Shown: positions 16,364 to 25,017, counted from the stretch's first letter. The stretch: 47,989 nucleotides of DNA from Candidatus Thorarchaeota archaeon (GCA_029856425.1 JAHQWZ010000001.1:1-47989); one strand, 5' to 3'. Numbers and translations are program-made. The notes: generated from the letters alone by a model not told the origin.

Positions 16364-17389
16364 ATGCCTACTATCTTTTTCATGTCATCCGACGATTCTG
16401 ATATCCGACTAGAAGATTCTGCGATAATCACTATGATTGATTTTAGTCCAACTGAACTGATAGTACATGACAAGTGCTCTATCAGTGATATTGTGAAACC
16501 AACAGATTCTACTCTGATAAGATGGGTGCATCTTGCAGGGCTCCAGGATAAGCAATCGGTTGAGCAGCTTGGCAGACAGTTCGGAATTCACTCTCTTCTT
16601 GTTGAAGACATTCTAAATACCAAGCATCGACCCAAGCTTGACGCCCGGTCTGATCAATTTCTTCTTATTCTGAGAGATTTTAGACTAGCTTCATCACTAC
16701 AAATGGAATCTGAGCAGGTTAGTGTATTAGTTGGTTCCGAGTTCGTCTTATCATTTCAAGAAAGCAATATCGAAATATTCTCTCATATCAGGACAAGGCT
16801 TTCAAATCCAAAAGGCCGAATACGAAACAGCAAGTCCGATTTCTTGGGGTATTCGTTGATTGATGCCTTGGTTGATAGATACATAGACGTAATGGATGAA
16901 CTTGATGACCGAATCCAAGCACTCGAGGACACATCAGAATCATGGGACAAAACGTCACTCAATGAGATATACAAGCTACGACATACAGTAGGAGTCTATC
17001 AGAGAAATGTCAGGCCGCTCCGAGAAGCAGTTTCAAAACTTATACGAGAAGAGTCAGAGATTGTTGTGGAAACATCACACCCATACTTCAGGGACCTCTA
17101 CGATCATCTGCTTCATGTTGGAGAGATGGCAGATGCCTATAAGGAGAATCTGGCTAACATGCTGGAAATTCATCTCCTGCGCCTTGATGCGAAGACGAAT
17201 GAAACAGTCAAGATTCTGACAATTGTATCAACCATTCTCATGCCCCTCACATTCATTGCAAGCATTTTCGGGATGAATTTTGAAAATATGCCCTTTCAGA
17301 TTGACTATGCTTATCCAATTGTTGTCATTACAATGCTTGTGATTGGCCTGCTTCTCATAATTGCCTTCCGCAGAAGAAAATGGATTTGA
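16364..17389 (+). CDS. corA: CorA-family Mg2+/Co2+ transporter
   Basis: Signature FGMNFENMP between two C-terminal TM helices. Length is typical of CorA. Confidence 0.9.
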   Translation: MPTIFFMSSDDSDIRLEDSAIITMIDFSPTELIVHDKCSISDIVKPTDSTLIRWVHLAGLQDKQSVEQLGRQFGIHSLLVEDILNTKHRPKLDARSDQFLLILRDFRLASSLQMESEQVSVLVGSEFVLSFQESNIEIFSHIRTRLSNPKGRIRNSKSDFLGYSLIDALVDRYIDVMDELDDRIQALEDTSESWDKTSLNEIYKLRHTVGVYQRNVRPLREAVSKLIREESEIVVETSHPYFRDLYDHLLHVGEMADAYKENLANMLEIHLLRLDAKTNETVKILTIVSTILMPLTFIASIFGMNFENMPFQIDYAYPIVVITMLVIGLLLIIAFRRRKWI

Positions 17390-17470
17390 ACTTGCGAATC
17401 TGAATATCCTCCATCAAAATTCGATTCTCTACTGAAGTTTCTTTGCTAATTCTTGATCCGGCCTTCCATT

Positions 17471-19012
17471 TCACTCAACATGGTCCTCTTGACCGGCTGG
17501 TCTTGGGTCGACGGATTGGTCGTCCCGCTTCTTGGTTCTCTTTCGTCTAACTGCTTTACGTGTCAGTTTAATTGGTGCTTCAAATGTATGACGGAGCCCA
17601 TCGACTGTTGAAATCGTCTTTACATTCCGCCTGGTTTCAGCCATTATTGCATCTATTACGACTCTCTCATCTACTTCGCCTTGTTCCTCTACATATGCCA
17701 GCCTATAGAGGGCCAAGATTCCGAAGATTACGGAGAGTATGAGGATGAAGTCAAGTCCCATGAGTCGATATGCATCTACTACTACCACACCCGTTGGGCT
17801 GACCCATGTGATAGAAAATGATAGCTGATACAGGTCAAAGAAGTCAGCCAATGCACCTGCCAGAATGGGCGCAATTGTGCCTGTGGCTGCCGCCACAACT
17901 CCTTTTGCAGCAATAAAGACGGATGACTGACCTCTGGGGGAGAGCTTTAGTCCAATATTGTTAGACGTGAGATTAACACCAGCGGCGGAGAATCCCGTAA
18001 AGATATGAATTATGACTAGGAGAGGGATGGTGAGATTATAGTCAGCTGCTATCGAGGAGAACGTCCAGAGAAAGGTTCCTAACATGAATAGTGGCACTGT
18101 CACCTGAAGTATGGATTTATTGCTTAAGCGATCAGACAATCTTCCCCAGAATCTGAAGAAGATGACACTTGTCAGTTGAGTCAGAGCCGCTAGAGCTGCG
18201 GCGATAGGGATGTCAAGTCCCAGCCTCACAAGTAGATATACTGTGAAGAATGGTGCTGCCAGTCCTGTGCTAAAGCCCCACGTTGCAGAGAACCACAACA
18301 GGTTTCTAAAGTTCTTATTTTGAAATGGTTTAGCCATGAGGTCTGAATAGCTCATCTTCTCATGGGTTGTGAGCATTGGTGGTTCAGGCGTCGTTATGGT
18401 ATAGTAAATTGCAATTATCCCTGCCAAGAATGCAAAAAAGAAGAGTATGGAATATCCCCACATAATGCCATCAGGATTCCTGATGGTCCAGTCACCAATG
18501 AATAGGCCTCCAAAAACTGACACAATAATACCTACAATCCCCATGACCGCCATTCTAATCGCGAAGAATCTGCCTAGCCTTTCCTGCGGTACTAGGTCTT
18601 TTAGCCATGAGTTCCAACTGGGCGATCCGAGAGCCGTGAAAACAGCTTGAATGCCTAGCGCTCCCATAAGAAGGAATATCCCAAACTCTAGGGTTGAGAT
18701 GAATGGTATCAGTGCCATAAGGAGAACGCCAAATCTGTTACCAAGCTGTGTGATGAAATTAAATCGTCGTCGATTCTTGTACCTCTCAATGAGAATCACC
18801 GCAGGCATCTGCAGAAACTGGGTTACTGCTGGAATTGCCGCAAGGATGCCTATCACAGTATTTGGAGCGCCCAAGAGAAGGGCGAATGCAACTAAGAAGA
18901 CGCTTTCTGTAAGAGTGACCCTGATTTGAGCAGCAGTGCCCTGTTTCACCATGTTCCGTAAAGCTCTCTCTGTTTCTTCAGGTGACAGCTCAGTTTCACG
19001 CCGTGGCATCAA
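17471..19012 (-). CDS. MFS transporter with cytoplasmic C-terminal extension
   Basis: 12-14 TM helices and MFS-like loops. The basic C-terminal tail is not hydrophobic. Confidence 0.75.
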   Translation of the reverse strand: MMPRRETELSPEETERALRNMVKQGTAAQIRVTLTESVFLVAFALLLGAPNTVIGILAAIPAVTQFLQMPAVILIERYKNRRRFNFITQLGNRFGVLLMALIPFISTLEFGIFLLMGALGIQAVFTALGSPSWNSWLKDLVPQERLGRFFAIRMAVMGIVGIIVSVFGGLFIGDWTIRNPDGIMWGYSILFFFAFLAGIIAIYYTITTPEPPMLTTHEKMSYSDLMAKPFQNKNFRNLLWFSATWGFSTGLAAPFFTVYLLVRLGLDIPIAAALAALTQLTSVIFFRFWGRLSDRLSNKSILQVTVPLFMLGTFLWTFSSIAADYNLTIPLLVIIHIFTGFSAAGVNLTSNNIGLKLSPRGQSSVFIAAKGVVAAATGTIAPILAGALADFFDLYQLSFSITWVSPTGVVVVDAYRLMGLDFILILSVIFGILALYRLAYVEEQGEVDERVVIDAIMAETRRNVKTISTVDGLRHTFEAPIKLTRKAVRRKRTKKRDDQSVDPRPAGQEDHVE

Positions 19013-19216
19013 GTCATTTCATAACTCCATTCTGTGAGGGCTATCTGCTGTTCAGTCTAATGAAGTGAATGGTGAATCATACTCTTGACCGTGTGAAATT
19101 TCTTGGCATGAATTACTTCTCCTAGCTGTTTCTAGGCACAATTGCATTATGATTTCTAGTCCTGACAGCGATGCGATACACAAATATGCTCTCAAACAGG
19201 AACCTATCATCTCAAC

Positions 19217-19717
19217 ATGACGTCAAATGATTCGAATCCTCCTGAGGTGGGCGAGCCAGCCCCAGACTTCGCCTTGCTATCCACTGAAGGTGAAACGTTA
19301 CAACTGCTTTCTCTAGAAGACAGTCCCATTGTCTTGTTCTTTCTTACTGATACCTTCACCTTCTTCTCGCGCGGGTTCTCCAAGATTTTCGAATCTCTTC
19401 ATGAATCACTCCGTATGGTTGAGGTGACTGTTGTTGGTGTATCTACTGAACCAGTTGAAACACTGTGCACATTCGTTGAGCATGCGAAGATTCCTTACAT
19501 TCTGCTCAGTGACTTTGACCGTCAGGTATCTAAAGCATATGGCACGCTGACAGAGCGAATCGCAGGACTGACGATGGTCACCCGTGCAGGGGTGTTTGTT
19601 ATAGACAAGAAGGGGAAGATCGCATACAAATGGATTCATGATGAACAGAGTCCTGCTCCAGATGCTGACCAGATAGTTGATTTGATCTCAACACTCCAAA
19701 GCCAGGAAGGCAGCTAG
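19217..19717 (+). CDS. AhpC/TSA (Bcp-like) thioredoxin-fold protein lacking the peroxidatic Cys
   Basis: GEPAPDFALLSTEG ... VLFFLTDTFTFFSRGF ... VVGVS ... ILLSDFDRQVSKAYG aligns with Bcp. The TxxC position reads TFFS. Confidence 0.65.
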   Translation: MTSNDSNPPEVGEPAPDFALLSTEGETLQLLSLEDSPIVLFFLTDTFTFFSRGFSKIFESLHESLRMVEVTVVGVSTEPVETLCTFVEHAKIPYILLSDFDRQVSKAYGTLTERIAGLTMVTRAGVFVIDKKGKIAYKWIHDEQSPAPDADQIVDLISTLQSQEGS

Positions 19718-20817
19718 AATCCGAGTTGCAGAATGCTAAAGACTGTAATTTGGAAGAAGATATAACACAGTATAAGAACAACCCCCTCCCTCCTTGTCAC
19801 CCGCCAGTCTCTCCTGATGATATAGTAGAATAGAATTGCGATTAGGAACGAAAGTCCAACCAACAATCCAGCAGTCAGTAGGTCTATTGAAGCTGGAACG
19901 GCCAAGACCACGAAGCCCAATCCCAAAGTGATGTTAACGATGTTGCTACCAATAACGTTGCCAATGAGGAGTCTGCCAAATCCTTTTCGCGCACTGTTTA
20001 TTGAAACCATGATTTCAGGCAGAGATGTTCCCAATGCAATCACTGATAGTCCTATTACCCCCTCACTTATTCCCCACGAAAGGCTGATGTAGACTGCTCC
20101 TTGGACGGCAATTTGAGCCCCTAATATGACAAATATCCCGGCGAGAACGACGATTATGATATCACGATAGGGTCGATTGGCATGCTTTTGTGACGTCGAT
20201 TTGCCATCAACTTCTTGATTATGGTATTCAGGTATGACAGCTTCGTGTGGAGAGGGTCTACGAGCAAGGCCGCGGAGAGTTGTGAGGAATCTTAGCCTGA
20301 TTAGGAAGTCGACGAATACCTCAAATTGGTAGCACGTTTCGCATTCATCTCGGCTATCATACAGAAATAGAATATAAGTGACAAAGAGGAGCAGCAGAAT
20401 GATACCTTCATAGGCTGTAATTTGCGCAGGTGTGAATGGATCAAATAAAGCGAATCCTAGAAAGAGAATAATGAATATCATTATCTTAGTATCTCGATCT
20501 AGTATCACTGCGTTCGACGCCAGGGGTGCAAAGATGGCACTTAGACCAACCACTAATGTCAGATTTGCAACACAACTCCCGAGAATATTTCCGACAGCCA
20601 AGTCTGCACTTCCCACAGCAATTGCCAAAGAACTCGAAACTATTTCGGGCAAAGAGGTGCCAATGGCCACAAGCGTGAGGCCAATGATCAGCTCAGAAAC
20701 ACCAGCTGCTCTTGCTAGCTTTGATGCTGCCTCAACAAAATACTCAGAACCTTGACTGAGCATGATAAGGCCCAAGGCAAGGAGTCCGATGTTGAGGAGT
20801 ATTGCCATGGCCTGCAA
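19714..20817 (-). CDS. Ca2+/cation antiporter (CaCA, YrbG/NCX-like)
   Basis: Two alpha-repeats, GTSLPEIVSS and GTSLPEIMVS, separated by a cytoplasmic loop. Confidence 0.85.
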   Translation of the reverse strand: MQAMAILLNIGLLALGLIMLSQGSEYFVEAASKLARAAGVSELIIGLTLVAIGTSLPEIVSSSLAIAVGSADLAVGNILGSCVANLTLVVGLSAIFAPLASNAVILDRDTKIMIFIILFLGFALFDPFTPAQITAYEGIILLLLFVTYILFLYDSRDECETCYQFEVFVDFLIRLRFLTTLRGLARRPSPHEAVIPEYHNQEVDGKSTSQKHANRPYRDIIIVVLAGIFVILGAQIAVQGAVYISLSWGISEGVIGLSVIALGTSLPEIMVSINSARKGFGRLLIGNVIGSNIVNITLGLGFVVLAVPASIDLLTAGLLVGLSFLIAILFYYIIRRDWRVTRREGVVLILCYIFFQITVFSILQLGF

Positions 20818-20937
20818 GTAGAATCACCAGTGAAGCACATTCTAATAAGGGCGCCAATCTTGAATCTATCTCTTTCCATTTAGCCTAACCTTCCCGTACT
20901 GGGCAGCTGTGCCTTTTGTCCTCTACCCCCAAATTAT

Positions 20938-20992
20938 AAAAACAAAAATCAATTTATGTGAGAAACAGCACGAGACGCGCATTAAGCGCATC
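20938..20992 (-). terminator. hairpin (GATGCGC-TTAAT-GCGCGTC on the minus strand, one G-U pair) followed by TTTTTGTTTTT
   Basis: Read directly. Begins 13 nt downstream of the Lys-rich micro-ORF stop. An oligo-T tract is the usual archaeal termination signal. Confidence 0.4.
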
Positions 20993-21004
20993 CCAGTTAC
21001 AATG

Positions 21005-21082
21005 CTATTTCTTCTTCTTCTTAGATTCAGCTGCCTTTGGTTCAGCTTTCTTCTTCTTTGCTGCTGGTTTCTTCTTTGCCAT
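21005..21082 (-). CDS. 25-aa poly-lysine micro-protein
   Basis: MAKKKPAAKKKKKAEPKAAESKKKK. The ATG is preceded by GGAG at 8-nt spacing, and a hairpin with oligo-T lies downstream. Below the ORF-track cutoff. Confidence 0.45.
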   Translation of the reverse strand: MAKKKPAAKKKKAEPKAAESKKKKK

Positions 21083-21167
21083 TTGCTTATCTCCAATTTT
21101 TTCAAAATGGAAAGCGATGATGGAGGATGATCAATGAAATGGATTTTGAGAATACTAGACTATTCTA

Positions 21168-21248
21168 TTATTCATCGTCATCTTCCCAATCATCGTCGTC
21201 CCAATCGTCGTCATCATCAGCCCAGATGTCTTCATCGTCGAAATACAT
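21168..21248 (-). CDS. 26-aa hyper-acidic Trp-containing micro-protein
   Basis: MYFDDEDIWADDDDDWDDDDWEDDDE. The ATG is preceded by AGGTGA at 5-nt spacing. Below the ORF-track cutoff. Confidence 0.45.
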   Translation of the reverse strand: MYFDDEDIWADDDDDWDDDDWEDDDE

Positions 21249-21487
21249 GAAGCTCACCTCATACAATGTTAATCCGATAAAAAGTAAAGAATGACTGTTC
21301 AAAACACGACTCGAAAGAACTCTTAAAATCAAATTTCAAGCATAATGAGGGCTTTTTTCAATTATATGACAATTATCAAGCGAGTTACTGAATTAATGGG
21401 ACTAATAGCATCGTAGACAAGAATATTAGCGAATATGATATGCGAGTTGATGTGTCACTATTTGTCCTTTTGGAGAACTGATCTATA

Positions 21488-22315
21488 GTGAGCGATACGG
21501 ATGTATCCGATTCCAGTGTACTTGGCACCACAATGAGAGGGCAGTCACGGCTCATTGTAGTTCTTGGAGATGCACAGACAATCAAGGAATCAGCGAAGAA
21601 AATCAAAGCTCTTGGGAATATAGTCAGAGTCGCAAGAGGGGTATTTCTCATACATGGTCAATTAATAAAAAGCCCATCAGTTTTGCATACTCTGCCAACG
21701 ATTTTCTTTCAGAAGGCTCGTGAAATCCCCAGCGTCAGTGAACGTGGGGAAGATGCCAGTAGCAGACGTGTCTATGCAGTCATCTCCTACCGGTTCAAAA
21801 ATCCCACCGCAATCCAGAAGAAGAGAGTTGAACGACTAGTCAGGAAGTCGATTTCCATTCGTCTCCGGCCTGGAGTTCTCCTATTCCCCGTTCTCAAATC
21901 AAAGGACAGACGAAGAATCCTGGAATCTGATGAAACGAATAAGTTGATGTCCTCAAGAAGAGTAAGTGAGGAGTTACGCGTTCTTGGAGCAGATGTATCA
22001 CGATGGACTAGGCTGAAACTAATGAATAATCATTCTAATGTACATGATGCTGTTGTTCGAACGCTTTCGCAAGACATATCCTATATAGAAACGCTGGCCA
22101 AAGACTTGCGTACACAAGCTAAAGCTCCTGATGCACAATTAACGACCCTTAGAAAACGATATTCGATTCTCTCTAGAAGGTATCGTGAACTGAAAATCAA
22201 GTGGAGTCTTTCCAATAAGGTGTGGAACTATGATGCGGTTAAACTTCTCACACGTGCATACAATCTGGTGATTGCTGCAAGAAGAGCTATCGAGGCATCT
22301 ACCTGGGACGGCTGA
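21488..22315 (+). CDS. hypothetical protein (two beta-alpha-beta units plus a basic helical C-terminus)
   Basis: GTG start with GGAGAA upstream. RLIVVLGD..AKKIKALGNIVRVARGVFLI and VYAVISYRF..KKRVERLVRKSISIRLRPGVLLFP look like repeated ferredoxin-like halves. Confidence 0.5.
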   Translation: MSDTDVSDSSVLGTTMRGQSRLIVVLGDAQTIKESAKKIKALGNIVRVARGVFLIHGQLIKSPSVLHTLPTIFFQKAREIPSVSERGEDASSRRVYAVISYRFKNPTAIQKKRVERLVRKSISIRLRPGVLLFPVLKSKDRRRILESDETNKLMSSRRVSEELRVLGADVSRWTRLKLMNNHSNVHDAVVRTLSQDISYIETLAKDLRTQAKAPDAQLTTLRKRYSILSRRYRELKIKWSLSNKVWNYDAVKLLTRAYNLVIAARRAIEASTWDG

Positions 22316-22335
22316 GAAAAGGAAAAGCAGCTGAG

Positions 22336-23163
22336 CTATTCTTGAAGCCCTATTATTTCACTGATTTGATTGACTATTGAGCCAAAGGCTTTGGCCGACA
22401 CGGACTCCGGATCCTCCACCACAAACGGTATCCCCCTATCAGACAGGCTGATGATTCGGGGATCCAGAGGTAATGACCCTAAATGACGCACTCCGAAATC
22501 TTCCGCTGCCTTTTGAGTCACTCCTTCTCCAAACAGCTTGTATGTTTCACCACATTTTGGGCACACAAATTCGCTCATGTTCTCAATGATGCCCAAGATA
22601 GGCACACCCATTCTCTCCACAAGTCTAATCGCCCGGCGAGCATCAAGCACAGCTACTTCCTGAGGTGTCGATACTATAATCACACCATCAATATCCGGGA
22701 TTGACTGAAGAATGCTCAGTATCTCATCTCCTGTACCAGGAGGTAAGTCCACGACCAGAACCTCCATTTCGCCCCACATCACGTCACTTAGGAACTGACG
22801 AATGGCTTTTCCGACAAGTGGTCCTCTCCACGCAATTGCGTCATCTGTCTGCCTGAGCAGAAATCCCATGCTCATTACTTTGAGATTGAGTGGCCCAATC
22901 ACAGGGCGAATTCTCTCATCATCTGCCTCTGGATGAATGCCCTCGAGACCCAATAGCTTTGGTACGTTTGGCCCATATATGTCAACATCAAGAATCCCGG
23001 ACATCAATCCTTTCCTAGCAAAGGAAATCGCCAGATTTGTAGCCACTGTGGTTTTTCCAACTCCGCCCTTGCCAGAAAGCACCACAATCTTATGCTTCAC
23101 ATTTTTCATGTTTTCTCTAACTTCGGGTGGTACCAAGTCTTTTGCGTCATTCATAAAGGACAC
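22336..23163 (-). CDS. mrp: Mrp/NBP35/ApbC-family Fe-S cluster carrier ATPase
   Basis: Deviant Walker A GKGGVGKTTV, DLPPGTGD, and the CPKCGE Cys pair. Confidence 0.9.
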   Translation of the reverse strand: MSFMNDAKDLVPPEVRENMKNVKHKIVVLSGKGGVGKTTVATNLAISFARKGLMSGILDVDIYGPNVPKLLGLEGIHPEADDERIRPVIGPLNLKVMSMGFLLRQTDDAIAWRGPLVGKAIRQFLSDVMWGEMEVLVVDLPPGTGDEILSILQSIPDIDGVIIVSTPQEVAVLDARRAIRLVERMGVPILGIIENMSEFVCPKCGETYKLFGEGVTQKAAEDFGVRHLGSLPLDPRIISLSDRGIPFVVEDPESVSAKAFGSIVNQISEIIGLQE

Positions 23164-23205
23164 CTGTTTCCTATCAGTCTATGAAGAACGAATCATCGAA
23201 TTAAA

Positions 23206-23225
23206 TAATGAATCTTGATTCATTA
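23206..23225. promoter_or_regulatory. palindromic operator TAATGAAT-CTTG-ATTCATTA (same family as 11086 and 11122)
   Basis: Perfect 8-bp arms, overlapping the TATA-like TTATAAAT (23223-23230), 43 nt upstream of the mrp start. A degenerate copy, ATGAAG-AACG-AATCAT, is at 23181-23196. Confidence 0.6.
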
Positions 23226-23361
23226 TAAATGGCCCGATACAGGAAACACATCCGACCTCAAAAATCGGGAGAATCTGCCTATCTCCCATAGATCGCTTGG
23301 CATAGCCTTTGTCGAAAAACTTCGTGAAAACAGCTTATATAACTAAAAAGCAAGACGCTAC

Positions 23362-24168
23362 TTGATGTTAAAGATGAACACATTGCGGGGACATGATGAA
23401 GGTGTGCTGAAGGCTCTCTCAAACTCCACGAGAAGAGAGATTATTCGTCTGATAGCAACAAAGGGAAGTGCTTCATACACACAGATAATGCAGGTGTTAG
23501 GTTTAGATCCGTCTCTTGAGAGCGGTACATTCAACTATCATCTCAAGGAGCTCGTAGAAGCGGGCTTGATTGAAAGCGTGAACGGCGAGTACAAAATAAG
23601 CGCTCTTGGCAAGAACGCCCTTATCCTCATCGACCAAGTCAGAGAAGAACCTCAGGTTGACAGATACGGTGTGTTATCAGCAGCCCTCTCCATGAAGCCC
23701 AGAGAGGAACTTGAACTGTTTAAGATGCAGATGGGAATCGGTATTGGATTCGCTGGCACCATTTTTAGTTTTATTATAGTGCTACTGACACTAGGAAGTC
23801 TTGGATATGTTGCAGCCTTTGTTTCTTTTGTGGTTTGTTTCATACTGACGATAGGCTCAACTATAAAGATGATTAATCTCGCACGGGACTATGACCTCGG
23901 ACTTTCTGTTCTTCTTTTCATCTCCGAGAGCTGGTTTCTCCTTCGGTCTCCCAATAGAGGGAATTTCTTGGCGCTTCAAGGCTTTGCTTTAATATCCGCT
24001 ATATTCACAGCACTCTATTTCATCTCTGTTGCTGCTGGAGCGGGATGGGTTTCGGCTCCTGGAGTCGCAGCGCTCATGATTTTGATGTTTTCTATTACCT
24101 GTGCTCTTATTCTCGCAGATACAGTCGTTAAGAAAGTAGAGGAACTGGAGTCGATGGAGGGTGAATAA
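23362..24168 (+). CDS. ArsR-like winged-helix domain fused to a 4-5 TM membrane domain
   Basis: LKALSNSTRREIIRLIATKGSASYTQIMQVLGL...FNYHLKELVEAGLIE followed by hydrophobic helices. TTG/ATG start cluster at 23362-23374. Confidence 0.65.
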   Translation: MMLKMNTLRGHDEGVLKALSNSTRREIIRLIATKGSASYTQIMQVLGLDPSLESGTFNYHLKELVEAGLIESVNGEYKISALGKNALILIDQVREEPQVDRYGVLSAALSMKPREELELFKMQMGIGIGFAGTIFSFIIVLLTLGSLGYVAAFVSFVVCFILTIGSTIKMINLARDYDLGLSVLLFISESWFLLRSPNRGNFLALQGFALISAIFTALYFISVAAGAGWVSAPGVAALMILMFSITCALILADTVVKKVEELESMEGE

Positions 24169-24325
24169 GCGTGAACAGACAGAGGACGAACTTGACAAAC
24201 TACTCCTATTGCTGTCAAAGCCATTGACAAGATTGATTCTTTCTGTTCTCACCGGCAAAGATCCCTGTTTTAGCCGAAACAAGACTTCTGAACGAATTGA
24301 ATCATCAGAAGAATCACGCGGCTGA
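24161..24325 (+). CDS. 54-aa ORF resembling the N-terminal part of a wHTH protein; possibly a truncated or frameshifted gene
   Basis: GTG overlaps the upstream stop (GTGAATAA). DELDKLLLLLSKPLTRLILSVLTGK resembles the opening of an ArsR-type HTH. The +1 frame stays open to about 24392. Confidence 0.25.
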   Translation: MNKREQTEDELDKLLLLLSKPLTRLILSVLTGKDPCFSRNKTSERIESSEESRG

Positions 24326-24495
24326 TCGTTTCATAATCTCATTACTCTCTAGGTATGTGAAAAACCTCGAATTGAAGTACATGTGCTATGTCTAACTATG
24401 GGGGATTACACTGGTAGATGATCGTCATGAAGATGCGGTCGGGACTCTCCACAGCTGTAATCAATAGCTCAATCAGACTTGGAGTGAGTCATTCA

Positions 24496-24999
24496 ATGAA
24501 ACGTCGCTGGACAAAGAAGAGAATCTTAGAAAGCATCAATACTGAACGGCGGAGGCTTGAGAAAAACCTCGCATCTATTTCAGACGAAGATATGTTGGTC
24601 CGTGGTGTTATTGGAGAATGGTCGGTGAAGGATATTATGGCGCACCTCTTTGATTAGGAGCAAAGATTTCTTGGATGGTATGAAGCTGGACTTCGTGGCG
24701 AAGCTCCTGAAACGCCTGCACCAGGACTGAAATGGAGTCAACTACGCATTTTGAATCAACAGGTATTCGAAAAACATCAGAATCGTACCCTTGCTGATGT
24801 AAAGTCAGAGTTTCAGTCCTCATATGAAAGACTGCTCGACACACTCAACGGAATCCCCGAAGAAGACATGTATGAGGTTGGCAGATTTGAATGGACTGGA
24901 ACTGGAAACATTGCAGGCTTTATTCTTGCTAACTCTGCTAATCATTATCGGTGGGCAAAAACAAGGATTCGAAGATGGATAAAGGCCACTAATCGATGA
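24496..24999 (+). pseudogene. ClbS/DfsB (DUF1706) family gene interrupted by an in-frame TAG at 24655-24657
   Basis: ORFs 24418..24657 and 24751..24999 are in the same frame. Read through, the sequence is WSVKDIMAHLFD*EQRFLGWYEAG...GLKWSQL...ANSANHYRWAKTRI, which parallels E. coli ClbS (LVSYLIGWGELVLHW...GFKWNEL...). GGAGTGA lies 8 nt upstream of the ATG at 24496. Confidence 0.6.
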
Positions 25000-25017
25000 A
25001 AGGAAGTCATTTGAAAA

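Noticed and set aside
19714-19717. The convergent peroxiredoxin-like and antiporter genes overlap by 4 nt and share the palindromic CTAG as both stop codons.
   Set aside because: This is a real but trivial consequence of compact gene packing, with no functional implication that I can support.
20909-21130. Track ORFs 20909..21130 (+) and 20923..21105 (-), which span the AAG/CTT low-complexity tract.
   Set aside because: These are frame artefacts of the repetitive Lys-codon tract. Only the MAKKKPAAKK... frame has an ATG with a correctly spaced SD and a downstream hairpin with oligo-T.
24655-24657. Pyrrolysine decoding of the in-frame TAG in the ClbS-like gene.
   Set aside because: No pyl genes are present in this window, and the codon sits at a conserved Trp (TGG) position. 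A simple nonsense mutation or a sequencing error is more parsimonious. It is kept only as an alternative in the finding.
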